Part shown: positions 62,418 to 64,000 of the stretch, in pieces | Layout: the number at the start of each line of letters is the position of its first letter | Position numbering within the stretch: the stretch's first letter is position 1 | Translations under genes and position numbers: made by a program | From: Azolla caroliniana | Taxonomy: Eukaryota > Plantae > Polypodiophyta | Direction of reading: 5' to 3' | Assembly (NCBI GenBank): GCA_043228905.1 | Contig: JBHGNT010000020.1 | Coordinates: 2,790,001-2,854,000, forward strand | DNA: 64,000 nt | Notes under the pieces: model-generated | What the model was told of the DNA's origin: nothing | Database searches by the model: none | What the model saw: only the letters and a program-made list of their open reading frames with translations

Positions 62418-63074
62418 TACTATGTTATTTGAATCGCTACATCCAACGGAAAAGAAAAAATGATTCAATTCCATTCCAGTCCAGAATGATACGTACCTTT
62501 CAAATTTTCATAACTACAACGTAACAAGACAGCACCATAGTGATTTAATCTAAAGCTTTGCCAAAACAACTATTTCCCTGAACTAGTTTCATTTCTTTCT
62601 TAGAATAAACTAAGGCCCAACTTTTTCTCACTCATGTGACAAATTGTAAAGATTAAGGGCTCACACTGATATGAGATATTAGTGCGGTTGTAGTCTTATC
62701 GTTAATGTATTTGCTTTGCAAGCAATAGATAGAGCTTCAACATGTCGTAACTCCACGTTGTGTGCTTTAGAGTAGAATTCCAATGGTACAAGCAAAATTT
62801 ATTTCAGTCAATTCGAGAACGGCTTTTGAGAAGACACGCTTTTTAACAATATTGCAGAAAATTGAATTAATATGAAGCTTTGCTCAAATGGACCGTTTTC
62901 ATGGACAAGTTTCATTTGGATCTTACAAGAAACGTAAGAGCACTATTGGTTTATTCAGGTAACAAATCGTAAAGATTCAATACTGAGGCTAATATACAAT
63001 AACTCAGCGACAAATTTTTCTCGCACATTTTTCTTTCTGATTCTTTACGAATGCCTTGGAAATATGGCCAAATT

Positions 63075-63146
63075 GCGCTTGTAGTCCAACGGTTAGGATA
63101 ATTGCCTTCCAAGCAATAGACCCGAGTTCAACTCTCGGCAAGCGCA
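63075..63146 (+). tRNA. tRNA-Gly(TCC), intact cloverleaf
   Basis: Identical to 61617-61688. Confidence 0.9.
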
Positions 63147-63803
63147 TACTATGTTATTTGAATCACTGCATCCAACAGAAAAGAGAAAATGATTTAATTC
63201 CATTCCAGTCCAGAATGATACGTACCTTCCAAATTTTCATAACTACAGCGTAAGAAGACAACACCATAGTGATTTAATCTAAAGCTTTGCCAAAACAACT
63301 ATGTTCCTGAACTAGTTTCATTTCTTTTTTAGAATAAACTAAGGCCCAACTTTTTCTCACCCATGTGACAAATTGTAAAGATTAAGGGCTCACACTGATA
63401 TGAGATATTTGTGCGGTTGTAGTCTTATTGTTAATGTATTTGCTTTGCAAGCAATAGATAGAGCTTCAACATGTCGTAACTCCACGTTGTGTGCTTTAGA
63501 GTAGAATTCCAATGGTACAAGCAAAATTTATTTGAGTCACTTCGAGAACGGCTTTTGAGAAGACACGCTTTTTAACAATATTGCAGAAAATTGAATTAAT
63601 ATGAAGCTTTGCTCAAATGGACCGTTTTCATGGACTAGTTTCATTTGGATCTTACAAGAAACGTAAGAGCACTACTAGTTTATTCAGGTAACACATCGTA
63701 AAGTTTCAATGCTGAGGCTAATATACAATAACTTAGCGACCAATTTTTCTCGCACATTTTTCTTTCTGATTCTTTACGAATGCCTTGGAAAGATGGCCAA
63801 ATT

Positions 63804-63875
63804 GCGCTTGTAGTCCAACGGTTACGATCATTGCCTTCCAAGCAATAGACCCGAGTTCAACTCTCGGCAAGCGCA
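63804..63875 (+). tRNA. tRNA-Gly(TCC), two D-arm substitutions
   Basis: TTACGATC instead of TTAGGATA, otherwise identical. Confidence 0.7.
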
Positions 63876-64000
63876 TACTATGTTATTTGAATCACTACAT
63901 CCAACGGAAAAGAAAAAATGATTCAATTCCAATGCAGTCCAGAATGATACGTACCTTTCAAATTTTCATATGTACCTTTCAAATTTTCATATCTACAACG

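Larger units (their letters stand above)
61141..64000 (+). repeat. tRNA-Gly(TCC) tandem array, block 3, homogeneous 729-bp monomers
   Basis: tRNA starts at 61617, 62346, 63075, 63804, an exact 729-bp period. Confidence 0.95.

Noticed and set aside
61141-64000. Regular repeats as a CRISPR array
   Set aside because: Whole 729-bp units repeat, with no unique spacers and no cas genes, in a eukaryotic context.

Overview
Eukaryotic, plant-type heterochromatin with no ordinary host gene; a non-seed plant such as a fern is my inference from element types only. The backbone is a ~730-bp tandem repeat that is really a tRNA-Gly(TCC) gene array. Each monomer is a diverged dimer with one foldable tRNA-Gly and one decayed tRNA-like copy. 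The array is interrupted by three co-oriented L1/Tx1-like LINEs and by a ~22-kb TIR-bounded DNA-transposon-like insertion carrying a spliced coiled-coil/RING gene. Nested LTR elements with resolved LTRs and TSDs: a Gypsy inside a Copia inside LINE-A; an Athila-like Gypsy inside a non-coding LTR element inside the DNA transposon; and a separate GC-rich Gypsy in the same transposon. Most unusual signals: (1) a young Gypsy with no polypurine tract, where a tRNA-Arg 3'-end copy (...GGGCGTGCCA) sits at the PPT position, suggesting tRNA priming of both strands; (2) LTRs carrying tRNA-like A-box/B-box cassettes; (3) the tDNA satellite and its LINE insertions; (4) -1 frameshift sites and 4-bp TSDs. 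Coordinates were read by eye and may be off by a few bases. tRNA and family assignments come from memory of consensus sequences, not database searches.
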